From NCBI GenBank assembly GCA_002633005.1, contig NMRA01000271.1, positions 203,588 through 267,587 of the forward strand: DNA of 64,000 nt, read 5' to 3'. Below, in pieces: positions 13,144 to 25,531 of the stretch (its first letter is position 1; the number at the start of each line of letters is the position of its first letter). The notes beneath the pieces are model-generated. The model saw only the letters and a program-made list of their open reading frames with translations. It did not search any database and had not been told where the DNA came from. The stretch is from Phoronis australis. Lineage: Eukaryota; Animalia; Phoronida. The position numbers and the translations under genes are program-made.

Positions 13144-15999
13144 CACACACAAGATGACTTAGAGACCCATGAAGCTTACTGTGAAACTGTTACTATGACA
13201 CCAGACCAGAGCCCTGAAGAAGATGCCACCACGCTCAAAGAGTTGAAAACGAATCATTGCTTGTTGTGGGCTGTATCTAAATTATATTGATAAGTTCAGT
13301 TGGGTGTCCACATAAAATCGGACATTTCGCATACAGGTTTGATTTAACACACCCAACTTAATGAACAAATTAAAGCACCTAAGACAATGAGAGGATACAT
13401 ATAAACACCGCCATGTTGGCAGATTTTTGTAACAATAGTTTAAATTCCAATAAATTAAAAGTCCTTATAACTTAAATTCACTAAAGCAAACATGGCTATC
13501 AAGTAAATTAAATAAACAAGCAGGAATTCTCAAACTTTACAACAAAGCAAACAAAAGTTAAAATGTCATTTTGTGCTAGAAGCCAACTTTCCATTTAGAG
13601 AAATCACAACTATAAAATTGACTTGTTTCTTACTTAGATGGGAAGTCATTTCTGGGTTTGCGAAAAACTGGACAGTTGGTTATTTCTCATTGACAAGAAA
13701 ACTTGTAAACAGGTCTCCAGTAATAACCAGATGTTAGTTCTTAAGAAGCCATGAAATCACTTTCAGTGATTCATACCAATTTAACAATTGGAAATCAAAA
13801 GTTGTTTTTTCGATGGAAGGGGGCCTTGTAGCCCCTGGAAGTCAACACAAGAGGTTTTTGTCCTCAAAAATGAACAAGACAAATTCAGTCTATCAACAAG
13901 GCACCTCATTTTAAATGCAGACAGATGTTCAACAAGTTTGCACAAAATTCCACCGGGACATTCTTAGAATTTCCCCTACAATAATGCCTTGCCTAGGAAT
14001 TAAAAAAGAGAAAGAAGCCTTGAGACCATAATTCATAAATACCACCATTTCCACAGCAAATAACAAAAAATGTGGTAAACAATCTCTAATTTGGGACAAT
14101 TACTAGAATTTGGGAAGCAGGAAATCTAAAAAAACTGAATTTACTCAATTCTGGAATTTTTCAAGAGCGATTTTGGGGTTCACCATATTTCTCAAATTTC
14201 GGACACCATGTGTTTTCACTCTACAATGTGGATAACTGTTGCCATATTTCCAGTGTTTCTTAAATTTGGACAGACAATAATGCCCATTTCTAGAATGGGG
14301 ACAAGCTCCGACCTTGAACAAAATAGTTAAATTTTCACTATGTCCCAAATTGGTAAATTTTTACCATACACAAAATGGTAGATCTGCAACACTCATTCAC
14401 CATGGTAACAAAATTCATGTCCAATAATAAACATGCCTGAGTCAAAGCGAAACCTAAACACAAATTCCCAGTGAGAGCAGCTTGTACAAAGTAAGAATTC
14501 CTATAACATACCAAATGTGAATAACTTGGCAGCATCCCCTGTTGTAGACAAGATTTGTTGAACACACAANNNNNNNNNNNNNNNNNNNNNNNNNNNNNNN
14601 NNNNNNNNNNNNNNNNNNNNNNNNNNNCACACACAAGATGACTTAGAGACCCATGAAGCTTACTGTGAAACTGTTACTATGACACCAGACCAGAGCCCTG
14701 AAGAAGATGCCACCACGCTCAAAGAGTTGAAAACGAATCATTGCTTGCTGTGGGCTGTATGTAAATTATATTGATAATAAGTTCAGTTGGGTGTCCATAT
14801 AAACTCGGACATTTCGCATACAGGTTTGATTTAACACACCCGACTTAATGAACAAATTAAAGCACCTAAGACAATGGGGGATACATATAAACACCGCCAT
14901 GTTGGCAGATTTTTGTAACAATAGTTTAAATTCCAATAAATTAAAAGTCCTTATAACTTAAATTCACTAAAGCACACATGGCTATCAAGTAAATTAAATA
15001 AACAAGCAGGAATTCTCAAACTTTACAACAAAGCAAACAAAAGTTAAAATGTCATTTTGTGCTAGAAGCCAACTTTCCATTTAGAGAAATCACAACTATA
15101 AAATTGACTTCAACTAGTTTCTTACTTAGATGGGAAGTCATTTCTGGGTTTGCCAAAAACTGGACAGTTGGTTATTTCTCATTGACAAGAAAACTTGTAA
15201 ACAGGTCTCCAGTAATAACCAGATGTTAGTTCTTAAGAAGCCATGAAATCACTTTCAGTGATTCATACCAATTTAACAACTGGAAATCAAAAGTTGTTTT
15301 TTTTCGATGGAAGGGGGCCTTTTAGCCCCTAGAAGTCAACACAAGTGGTTTTTGTCCTCAAAAATGAACAAGACAAATTCAATCTATCAACAAGGCACCT
15401 CATTTTAAATGCAGACAAATCTTCAACAATTAAGTTGGCACAAAATTCCACCAGGACATTCTTAGAATTTCCCCTACAATAATGCCTCGCCTAGGAATTA
15501 AAAAAGAGAAAGAAGCCTTGAGACCATAATTCATAAATTCCACCATTTCCACAGCAAATAACAGAAAATATGGAAAGCAATCTCTAATTTTTTGACAATT
15601 ACTAGAATTTGGGACACAGGAACTCTGCAAAAAACTGAATTTACTCGATTCTGGAATTTGTGGATAACTGTTGCCATATTTCCAGTGATTCTTAAATTTG
15701 GACAGACAATAATGCCCATTTCTAGAATGGGGACAAGCTCCAACCTTGAACAAAATAGTTAAATTTTCACTATGTCCCAAATTGGTAAATTTTTACCATA
15801 CACAAAATCAGATCTGCAACATTCATTCACCATGGTAACAAAATTCATGTCCAATAATAAACATGCCTGAGTCAAAGCGAAACCTAAACACAAATTCCCA
15901 GTGAGAGCAGCTTGTACAAAGTAAGAATTCCTATAACATACCAAATGTGAATAACTTGGCAGCATCCCCTGTTGTAGACAAGATTTGTTGAACACACAA
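13144..15999. repeat. 1.4-kb tandem duplication across an N gap (probable uncollapsed alleles)
   Basis: 13144-14569 vs 14628-15999, gap 14570-14627; SNPs, small indels and one ~67-bp indel. Confidence 0.9.
14071..14368. mobile_element. ~298-bp TA-flanked MITE (Tc1/mariner-pogo-like)
   Basis: TIR T(A/G)TGGTAAA...AATTTGGGACA; inverted 297-bp homologue at 36092-36388; internally deleted version at 15569-15800. Confidence 0.7.
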
Positions 16000-16374
16000 T
16001 GTTCACGATTAATAGTTTTCAACGGTATTCGCTCAGCCCCTCTGTATCTTTGATTGTCATTCCCAGCACAACAACAAAGCAGATGCCAAGAGACATAAGA
16101 AAATTAATGATTAAAATGACAGCTATATTTAGAGTCTTATGTCTCTTGGCTGTCTCCTTTATTGGTGCGCTGCTGAAAGACCATCAAACATTCAAAGCTC
16201 CAGTGAATATCATTGAAAATTATTCATCGTGAACATTGTTGTGTGCTCAACAAACTTTGTACACCAATAGCAGATAGTTATTGTCTGCAAGTCACACGAT
16301 ATCAAACAAGCACGAAGTGTGCTTATCCTGAAGATGCCGATTGCCGAGGTGTGATCTACAGATGCAAGATACTA

Positions 16375-16508
16375 GTGAGAAAATCGCAATACCACGCAAG
16401 TGAAAGGCGAGTGTTTGGCACGTAAGCTCGGGACCACACTTGGGGTAATCACCAAAATGGCGGCCAATGACGTAATTGGTAGGTAACGCTGGAATGTTGA
16501 ATCATGGG
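16375..16508. repeat. Dispersed repeat, inverted homologue at 46718-46845
   Basis: Its reverse complement CAACATTCCA..TGGCCGCCATTTTG..TCCCGAGC..CTCGCCTTTCACT aligns by eye with 46718-46845. Confidence 0.6.
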
Positions 16509-17203
16509 ACAATTCATCATTTCCGTTCCACAGTCGAAGATTTCTCGTTGGAAGTGTCTTACGTTTACAAATTGCACGCCTATTATCTTGCAAGCTTGAC
16601 ATCACTGAAACCAGTCAATTTCTCAAGACAACCGTATGTGTACACAATTACAATTTATAAAAAATTCATTTCGCTCAAATGTTTCACATCCTGCTGCATG
16701 TGCTTGTTGGCGTAGGCAGGTGTTCTTAATATAACCACATCTTAATTTGTAGATTTTCAACCAATCTTACACGGAAGTTTCAATTTACAGCTGTGTTTCG
16801 TTTGAAGCTTTCCTGCAAAATTTATAAATCTTTACTTTTAAATGCCCATTCTCAGTTAAAAACCACCTCTGATTTTTATGATAGAGAAGTCCTTAAAAAC
16901 TTCTTTACTACCAACTGACTTGCGTTAATTCTATCTCCCTAGGCGTTCACCCTACATGTAGGGTAGTCATTTTTCAGAAAATGAAATCACGACATGACAA
17001 CATCTTATACAATCAATAAATTATTCTTCAATACTTATTGGTATCAATCAGATATTTTTGTACGTGGGTGCATGCTCCTAAATTCGGACATAATTGCCGC
17101 ATCACGCGCAGCCGCATGGAAATAAAAGCCCACAATTATGGCATCTCGTTCCTACAGATTAGTCAAGTGCGCGACAAGATTCGTTTCCACCGCGCGCTTC
17201 ATT

Positions 17204-17626
17204 GCCTGGTTGCATGAACAGTCCCAAACAGAGACTCAACTGAGTTCCCCATCTCTTTTGAATATATGTTTCGTTCTTTACTCACAGGTGTAACATTTTT
17301 TTTTACCACTTTATCTTTACTATGAGCTTTGATTAATGGCATTTTTTAATAATATAACTAAAAACCGGGCCCTTGATTCAGTCAAAATAATTAGGGACTT
17401 ACTCCCAAAATTAGGGCGTTGCTTGAAAAAAGAGATCCCTACTTAATTTCAATAATATTGAGAATTCAATGTAAAGTTCACTCTCGATTTGTATCAAAAT
17501 AAAGAACTGACAAAGTAATGAGACTCCAACGATATACGAAAGGGCAATCAGTGCTTTCGCAAGACTACAAATAGGCATCAGATTTAGGAAATTTGCCGAG
17601 GTTGGGACTCTTCCTTGCAACCGGGC
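17204..17626. mobile_element. PIF/Harbinger-like MITE in the proximal TRIM 3' UTR
   Basis: TIR GCCTGGTTGCATGAACAGTCCC / GGGACTCTTCCTTGCAACCGGGC; colinear with 61121-61539 (shared TCACTCTCGATTTGTATCAAAAT). Confidence 0.75.
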
Positions 17627-17688
17627 GCATAAGCCTCAACTTGCAACTAATGGTGACTGCTGATTTAATCACCTCGAAACGTAAACCT

Positions 17689-19586
17689 TCAACGATATTT
17701 GTACACTTTGACACAATTGTTACCGAGATCGACCACAATCAATCGACCGTCCTCTGTTGTCGCCAGACCACTCGGCCGCTTCAACTTGTCGTCAAAGCTG
17801 TCAATCACAAACTGGACTGTGTAGTCATTCCTGAATACCTGCACAAAGCTCCGCCCCTTTTCTGTGCGAGTCGCCAGCAAACAGCCGTCTTTGTCCACGA
17901 CAACGCCGCCATACTGGCCACGAGTATCACTTCTTGTTGGGACTTCACGCACAAACGTTCCGTCGCATTTGAACACTTGTATCCGGTGATCGCTAATGAT
18001 CACCTCGTCCTGTAAACCGATTGTGAGCGATGTGATAAGTCCAAACTCGCCTGGTTTCTTACCCTTGCGTCCTATCTTACGTAACAGGTTTCCGGAGTAG
18101 TCGTAAACTAGTACGCAGCCAGTTCCGTTATCCCCAATGAGATATTCCCGCTTGTTATTCACGGCAATGTTAACTGGCTCGACTAACTCACTGGCAACAA
18201 ACTTATTCACAACATCGCCGTTCATGTTAAGCTCAGTCACGTGCTTCGTGCGCCAATTGACAGTCGCTAACGTGTTAGTCTGAGTCATGTCCATACCCAG
18301 GCAGCCCTGTTTCTCCACTCCGTGCGTACCCAGGTGATCAACGAATTCACCGTTCATTGTCAGAACCTTAATCCGACTATTACCCGTGTCCAGAACATAG
18401 ACGTTGTTGTCCCCGTCAACAGAGACACACGTTGGCTGGCTGAAATTCAGATCTCCCGCACCATGAGACCCCACTTTGTGAATGGGGTTATTGTGTTCAC
18501 TCACCTCCACCGTAAATGGGCTTCCCCTGATTGGTCGGTTGAATATTCTGATGACGACCGTGTGCTGTCCAGCAGAGGTGGGAGTATATGACACAGTGTA
18601 AGTCCCGTTCTCATTATCGTCAACAGCAGTCGGCAGCTCTACACCGTTCATGTCGACAACCTCGACGACTAACGGATCAAAGCCACTAGTTCTGAGATTG
18701 CCATGATAATCCACTGTGGTCACGTTAATGGCCGTGCGTAGATGCGTGACCGCCTGTTGCAGTTGCGCCGTGCACAGCGCCGGGAATGTCGTGCTGACGC
18801 GAACCTTGCCGAACCGATTGAGCGCGCTCACCAGATTCTGCGGCGAGTCATTGTGGTCCGACTGGAACACCATGAACGCGTTCTCCCTCGGCTCCGACAG
18901 CGTGCAACTCATGTCCAGTTTCTCGTTGAGTTTGCCAATCTTCTCCGTGATATTCCTCACCTCCACCTGAAACTGATACTGGTTACAGTCCTCCTGTATC
19001 TTCTCTTTCTCACATTCTATAATATCCAGTTGCTCCTGCAGCACCTTCTTTTTCTCCTCGCTCACCCGTCGCACCATCTCCAACACCTCCGCCTTACGCG
19101 ACTCCACCAACTCGACCAGCTCCTGAAACGACTTGTGAACCTGCTCGACAGTGGTGTTCACACTGCTCTCCAGCTTGTCGATCTCCGCCGACACCGTCTC
19201 GTAGGCGACGTCAAGGTTGCGCGTGCACAACTGCGCCTTGTAGAGCAGGATCTCCGACATGCGCTTGATGGCTATCGAGAACGGTATCACAGTGTGCTCG
19301 CTGGCACCGCCGGCGTTGTGCTGGCCCCCCGTGCACGTCTGACAAAAGACGGTGTCGCAGCTCTCGCAAAAGAACAGTTCCTGATGCACGTGCCGCGAAC
19401 ACTTGGGTACCACGTCACGCCGCTGCTCGCGCATAAGGTCCAGTAATTGGTTGACTAGGAAGCTGGGTGGAAAGGAGGTGACGCCACCTCTTGGCAATGG
19501 GATGGTTTCTCTACAGATGGGGCAGCGAAGGCTGTTCGTCTCGTTCTGTTGAGCTTGTACAATTCTCTCCAGGCAACTTCTGCATA
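17689..19586 (-). CDS. TRIM-NHL protein, coding exon 2: rest of RING, B-box, coiled coil, filamin Ig repeat, NHL beta-propeller
   Basis: Acceptor TTGCAG|TATGC joins in phase to give ...CSHT-VCRSCLERIVQAQQNETNSLRCPICRETIPLPRGG, completing a C3HC4 RING. B-box CSRH...CESCDTVFCQTC...H...H; filamin DNENGTYTVSYTPTSAGQHTVVIRIFNRPIRGSPF; NHL repeats FSQPTCVSVD..VYVLDTGNSRIKV and LKRPSGLA..VVDLGNNCVKVY. TGA at 17691-17689. Spliced length 2034 nt = 677 aa. Confidence 0.96.
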
Positions 19587-19744
19587 CTGCAAATGAAGAC
19601 GCAAGTTTTAATACTTATGTAAGTAAATCAATATCATGTTAACGATATCGTGAAACTGCTCACGTTTCATCCAATACCTTCTGCTTAATCACTACCAACC
19701 TATAAAACTTCTCCATGACTGAAAAATGTAAATCAATACTTTAA

Positions 19745-20929
19745 AGGGTAGGGTAACCATTTTTCGCATCATTTTTCACTTAAATATCACAATTTTCAAA
19801 ATTTATTAAATTCTAGTAGTTTCTAATTGATTATTCGCGCATCTCTCCTAGAGTTATGTTCGTGGCCTGAATCCTTCCTCGCCAGCTTTGTTGTGCGACG
19901 GTTCATGGAGGACATCTGTTCGTTGTATACTATTTTCCACAAATTGATGCAATTAATTGCTTTCATCGAGTATTCTCCGAAACTCCTAGATTAAACAAGA
20001 ACTCTGTTGAGTGGTATTTAGCCTTTGTTTGATCTGGGTAGGCATGAAATGGCTGCAGTCTGTAACCACAAAAAATGAATCACGTACATGAAAAAGTTGT
20101 GCTGGTAGCCAGTTTCGGACACTGTGGTGACTGCTCAAGGGTGATACCAACTTTGTGGCCTTGAGCCTCTACAATGGCTGCAGTTCACGATGCTTCGCGT
20201 TTCAAAAAAGCACTCTAAGTGGGTATCAGTGTATCAGTGGAGTAGAGAAGGAAAACACTGTAACTTTTAGAACATGTTTAGCAGATACCTTCCCAATCTC
20301 TGCGTACAAATCTTCCTCTCGTAATCAGACGGTAAGTAATGTTTGCCGCAAGGTCAAGAAACTTTTCAGGGCTTGGAATGACTAATGACAAAAAAGAAGA
20401 AAATTTTCCAAGTGATATACTGTTCCACGAATAAACGGGCTTATGTGACAGAAACATTTTTGTGTTGTAAAATTTAACTGAAATAACCTTTTTTGCATGA
20501 ATGAAGCGATGAAGAAAGAGGAAATTGGTAATCAAATAAGAGGAAATCGAAACCGAAAAAGAGGAAATCCTCTTAAAAGAGGAAAATTCCAAGCCTTGAC
20601 TTATGCATCGCTTAAGTTTTGGTGTGACTGGGCAACACTGCATTCTTGAAACGAAGACCCTCCGACAGATTTTGTCATCCATTGGAATTCAGCCAAATGG
20701 ACTTCTAACAAACTTCAATTGACCTATCGTAAGCTCCGCCCCATTGCGAAAAGTCACGACAACTGACAAAACAAACAATAAGTTTTACCAGATAACGTGT
20801 TGTTTGAAGGGTAAAATGGCTGCTTGGAAAGGAAGGTGTGTCAAGAAAGCTGCGATAAAAATTCATCTAAGATAATCAGAAAATAATAATTTACTCGAAA
20901 GTGTCACTAAAAAATGGTTGCCCTCCCCT
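19745..20929. mobile_element. Non-autonomous Kolobok-type DNA transposon in the TRIM coding intron
   Basis: TTAA on both sides (19741-44, 20930-33). TIRs AGGGTAGGGTAACCATTTTT / AGGGGAGGGCAACCATTTTT (18/20). Purine-purine termini with a TTAA TSD are the Kolobok signature. Confidence 0.8.
20367..20598. mobile_element. hAT-like MITE nested in the Kolobok element
   Basis: TIR CAGGGCTTGGAAT...ATTCCAAGCCTTG; a second independent copy is at 49465-49714. Confidence 0.75.
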
Positions 20930-21430
20930 TTAAAACGTCACACAATTGTTTACACTACAAATCAAGTAAAACCCATTTTGTGTGAAAAACATAAACTGTA
21001 CGGGATTTTGTGTTTGAACTGTATACTGTCGAAGTTTGTAAGGTGTAAGCATATCTCCGATTTCTGATTTACACTCGAACAATGAACATTAACAGCCATC
21101 AAAAACCCGTTTTAAAACAATTATCATTTTTGACGGCTGCATCAAAAATAAAGGATGTGATACCTTCATGTATAGATCATAGAAATGTGCAACACTGTAT
21201 ATGAATAGACTTGTGCGCAGAAGAGAATTTGACATTTGAAATGGTTTAAAAACATTGGTAATGGAAATACCCAAACATGGCTGATGAAGCCTTGTTGTGT
21301 AGTGGTGAAATCAACCAAAAACCATCCCAAACACCTCGCATGTTTGAAACATCCATAATGCATTCAAAGTATCGTACATTCCAATCAGATTTTGTCAACA
21401 AGATATCTCTTTGAGACGAACGATTATTAC

Positions 21431-21566
21431 CTGTGTGCGAGCAAGGTAACAGTTTAGGGTTGTGCTCCTGGCCATCATACATGCACAGACAGGTACCACA
21501 GGTGAGAAAGCTGTCGTGGAAGTCCTCGTAGTTCAGCGAAACCGTCTCCACCAGCGTCGACGACAT
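21431..21566 (-). CDS. TRIM-NHL protein (TRIM2/3-like, invertebrate NHL-3-type), coding exon 1: N-terminal half of RING finger
   Basis: gccATG at 21566 starts MSSTLVETVSLNYEDFHDSFLTCGTCLCMYDGQEHNPKLLPCSHT. It ends at donor AG|GTAATA (phase 1, 136 nt). An acceptor TTGCAG lies 11 nt upstream of the ATG (exon starts 21577), so further 5' exons exist. Confidence 0.93.
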
Positions 21567-23630
21567 GGCACCCAAATCTGCAACAGGTCAAAAATTCAGG
21601 CGTAAACTTCAGAACGCATGACATGAAACATCTCAGCAACATCAAACCAGTTAAGATGTGGGAAAATGTGGACTATCTTCAAGTGTACTGGTAGAATCCC
21701 CCATTGGAGGGGTTGGTAGAGACATGCCACCAACTCGGGTGGGTATGTTGCACCCTTAGGTAGCATATCAGCAGGTTAATTTGCTCCCTGATATCGCAAA
21801 TGGAAAATAGGAAGAATGGGGATTGTCTCCAGCCCCAATTTTCCCAGTAGTCAAATATTTCATTAGCCTAGATTTTGATCAACTATGTGGAAGAGGACGT
21901 CCCACTTATAACAATCATACTTAATTCAACAAATATGCTAAGCCTTTTTCAAAGACAATTCACTTTGAAGACAGTAACACCATTGCCAACATCAAACCGT
22001 TTTTCTCATGAAAGTTTGCTGAAAATAGATTTCAATAGAACGTGTCTTTTTCTAGCAAATGAGAAAACAATCAAATATCATGTACTCAAACCAAGTTAGG
22101 ATTGACAGCTTGATGTGCCATGACGCTGTGTGGATCTATCTCCTACATAAACATAAATATTTTTTGTTGAATATAGACAAGCACCTGAGCTTATTTAAAA
22201 ATAAGATGTCATACCAATATACCGTGCTATCTAAATATTCAAACTTTATTCCACGAAGACACTGAGTCATTTGTAAGTACCCTCTGCGCGCCTTTCTAAA
22301 AATCGTCATTGACGACACCTGTAGCCACGAGGTCAAGTGCAAAAATCATCAAACAAGACCTTAAATCTGGTGGACAAACTAGTTTGACAACTCAATTCCA
22401 CTTGGCCCAAAGCTTAATTAGATTCATAACCTAAACATGAATCCAGAAATATGTTAAAATTTCTGTGTGGCTTAAACATGCTACAAAAATGACAATCAGC
22501 CACCATAGTTGCTAGCAGGCTCAGGCGGCTGGCTGTCCAGACAATGATTCAACTCCCAACATGTTCCCAAAAACTTCAGTGCATTTGTAAATTGGAGCAA
22601 ACACCGATTATCCTTTCTTCTGCTATTTTATCTCCATTACTAAGTCAACTTAAGCTTTGATACATAACAACAAGCAAAGTATGAATTGCACATGAAGATG
22701 AACTTTTTCATACACCACTCTTAATTTGAGGAATAAATCAATTTTCATTAAAAGGGCTTAGTTTTCAGATACATGATAAGAACATGTCATAGATTACAGA
22801 GGAACTCCCAATAAAGAAAAAGTGGCCAGAAAGTAATATTAGTGAGTAAACTACTGGTATGTCCACAAATGTGCAGAAGTTTCAGGGAACGTAGCGGAGG
22901 CCCAATTTGGAACTGTTTCGTGTTACTTGTGACCACAGGAGCTCGATATTAGATTCATAAGAGACAAGGGCTTTTAAATGTACTTAAGGCTACAACATGT
23001 TGACTTTGTGAAATGTTAAACTTTAAAAGGCTGTAATAGTGCATAAGATAACAGAGATCTTTCAACCTTTCATGGTTCCCCCCCGGGATGAGCAAAAAAA
23101 CAAAATACGTCAACAGATGTCTAGACGTTTCTGTCCTTACTTTAAGGATTCTACAACTGAACGATTTCTACACTATTTTTCACACTGCATCTGGTACACT
23201 TTGGAACACAATACAGCAGAACAGTGAAATTTTATTTCATCACAATTTTCATTCAAAATAAACTGAAAGAAATCCTCCGTTTTATAATTCAAATAGTTTA
23301 CATGGTACAACTGTCATTAACAAATGCAAGATGACAATCTAAGCATTTTTAACAATGCACTGAATGTTCGAACAATGGATAAAATACAACTTTAGCATTT
23401 ATCTTTGTTTGAGTTTGAAGAAGCTTTAGCGCAGCAAGTGATGTCGATTAATTCAACCAATCACAGAACACCACTAACGTGTTTAAATAAGAGAACAGAC
23501 AGTTCAGTAAACACTCTATTTTTGACACGAACAACACAACAAAAGACCAAGGAACATCAACTGTGCACAGTATGGTGTAAGCAAATTAAAGTAGTTTGTC
23601 CTCGCAGAATTGGTTAAACACTGACCGGTT

Positions 23631-23760
23631 ACAATTGACCTATCGCAACCTCCGCCCCCTTGCGTAATGTCGACTAACAAAGAATAATTTTTACCCGGCA
23701 ACGTCTTGTTTGTCGGGAAAAATGGCGGCTTGGAAATGAAGGTGTGTCAAGAATGCTACG
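23631..23760. repeat. Fragment homologous to the Kolobok interior 20716-20855
   Basis: Shared CAATTGACCTATCG..CTCCGCCCC and AAAATGGC.GCTTGGAAA.GAAGGTGTGTCAAGAA. Confidence 0.7.
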
Positions 23761-25220
23761 TTCTGATTGGTCAATTAAGCCGTCACTCAAAATCCTGGTG
23801 ATAGGTCAGCTGTTAACACCGACTCACTTTCATTGGTGCATTTTATCAATTGTGCGATGAGCAAATCAACCATTTTTCTATAGTGTTAGTGCTAGCTACT
23901 GACCAGCAAAGAGCCATGGAAACTTCTTAAGGTAAACTTTCAGAACATAGGCAGAACTAGTGTATAAGGAGGGGGGCAAACATAAAAAACAGGCAACAGC
24001 AGATTCATTGAAGGAAGATTCTAATTGCGACTGGTGCCAAAATGCAAACTAACCCTACACAACTTATGATTTGAACTTGGTAAGCCACTAAGAAGGTCAT
24101 ACACTTTGAAAACCAGTTTTCTCAACTAAATAACAGGCATCAAACTGGTTCTCAAAATCCTGGACCCCTGCAAGTGACTATTGCCAGAATTTGTCATGAG
24201 AGGGTCAATGCTTCAGGCAGAAGTAACAACTTGCTTTAAAAAGCAGTCAACTCAATCAGGACTGAATGGAAGGGGTCACACATGCATTTAGGCCATTACA
24301 ACACAAGCAAAAATAAGTCGTGTACATAAAACGTGCAATGGACAAATCCTGTGTGCTTTCAGTGCAAGCCAACTGCGCAAAACCAAAAGAGCTTTTATTC
24401 AGCTGGACTCAAGTTAGTTGTCCAGATACAAACAGCTCACAAAGATTCAAAATATTTATATCAATGTCATTAAAATGTAACCTGGCAACCCCGCAAGTAT
24501 GGAAAAACTTAGCAAAAGCAAAACAGAGTTGGCAAAACTAAGCAAGACAAACTTAGGCCATGCCTGAATCCAAGTAAGCCTTTTGAAAGCAGGCACCCCC
24601 CACAATCCCTGGATCAGCCCGTTCCAGCTAGTAACCAGTGACAGCTTTGCGTTAGCATACTTGTTCAGGTAAACGCTCAGAGAGCTTAAAATAGGCAATC
24701 AAAAAATCCGGGTGTGGACAAGAACACGAGCACGAGAGCTTATTTTAAGATTGGGGATGGGTGTTTACCCAAACAGTCAATTCGCTCGCAAGTGGAATAT
24801 TAGAATAAACATGCGCCAAAAGAACCTTTCGCGTCCCTTTCAGTGAAAATTCGTTATTTTACAATCCGGGTACGGCAAGGTACATCTGCAACCTAAACGT
24901 TAGCAAGTTGGGAGCCAATATTCTCACAAAACAGGCTTTCCCATGCACTCTGGCATTCAATCATGTAACTTGGGGGCTGTGGTAGCGCTAACACGAGCCT
25001 GTGCAACGAAACGTGTAAATTTGGTAATTTCGGGAGTGGATACTAAGCAGAACATGGGCAATACAATGGATCTGCATGACTACCGAACGTTAAACAGGCC
25101 GGAGGTCGTTAAAATGTGTTTTAAGTTGAAAATAATTCACAACTACTGTTTACCGAACCGGTTCTGGAGATGATTTAGTGATGAATTTCAAACGTTGATG
25201 ATGATCTCTGTTGCAGCTAG

Positions 25221-25531
25221 ATTATTTACAATACAAAGCATCATTAGAAGATTGCCACACAACAATTATTTATAATACAAAGCATTATTAAGAGATTGTT
25301 GGACAACAATTATTTGTAATACAAAGCATTATTAAGAGATTGTTGGACAACAATTATTTATAATACAAAGCATTATTAAGAGATTGTTGGACAACAATTA
25401 TTTGTAATACAAAGCATTATTAAGAGATTGTTGGACAACAATTATTTATAATACAAAGCATTATTAAGAGATTGTTGGACAACAATGATTTGTAATACAA
25501 ATCCTTATTAAGAGATAGTTAAAACAACGAT
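25221..25531. repeat. 44-bp minisatellite, 7 units
   Basis: Unit TTT(A/G)TAATACAAAGCATTATTAAGAGATTGTTGGACAACAATTA; AATACAAA recurs at 25230, 25274, 25318, 25362, 25406, 25450, 25494. Confidence 0.95.

Noticed and set aside
18742-19446. 234-aa plus-strand ORF (also 17593-18015, 18322-18591, 18716-18970)
   Set aside because: Antisense shadows of the GC-rich TRIM exon; no domain features.
21246-21430. C-terminal part of the 109-aa ORF 21246-21575
   Set aside because: Read-through into the intron past the GTAATA donor; the RING is completed only by splicing to 19586.
25221-25531. Regularly spaced repeats resembling a CRISPR array
   Set aside because: Units are contiguous with no unique spacers, there are no cas genes, and the context is eukaryotic.
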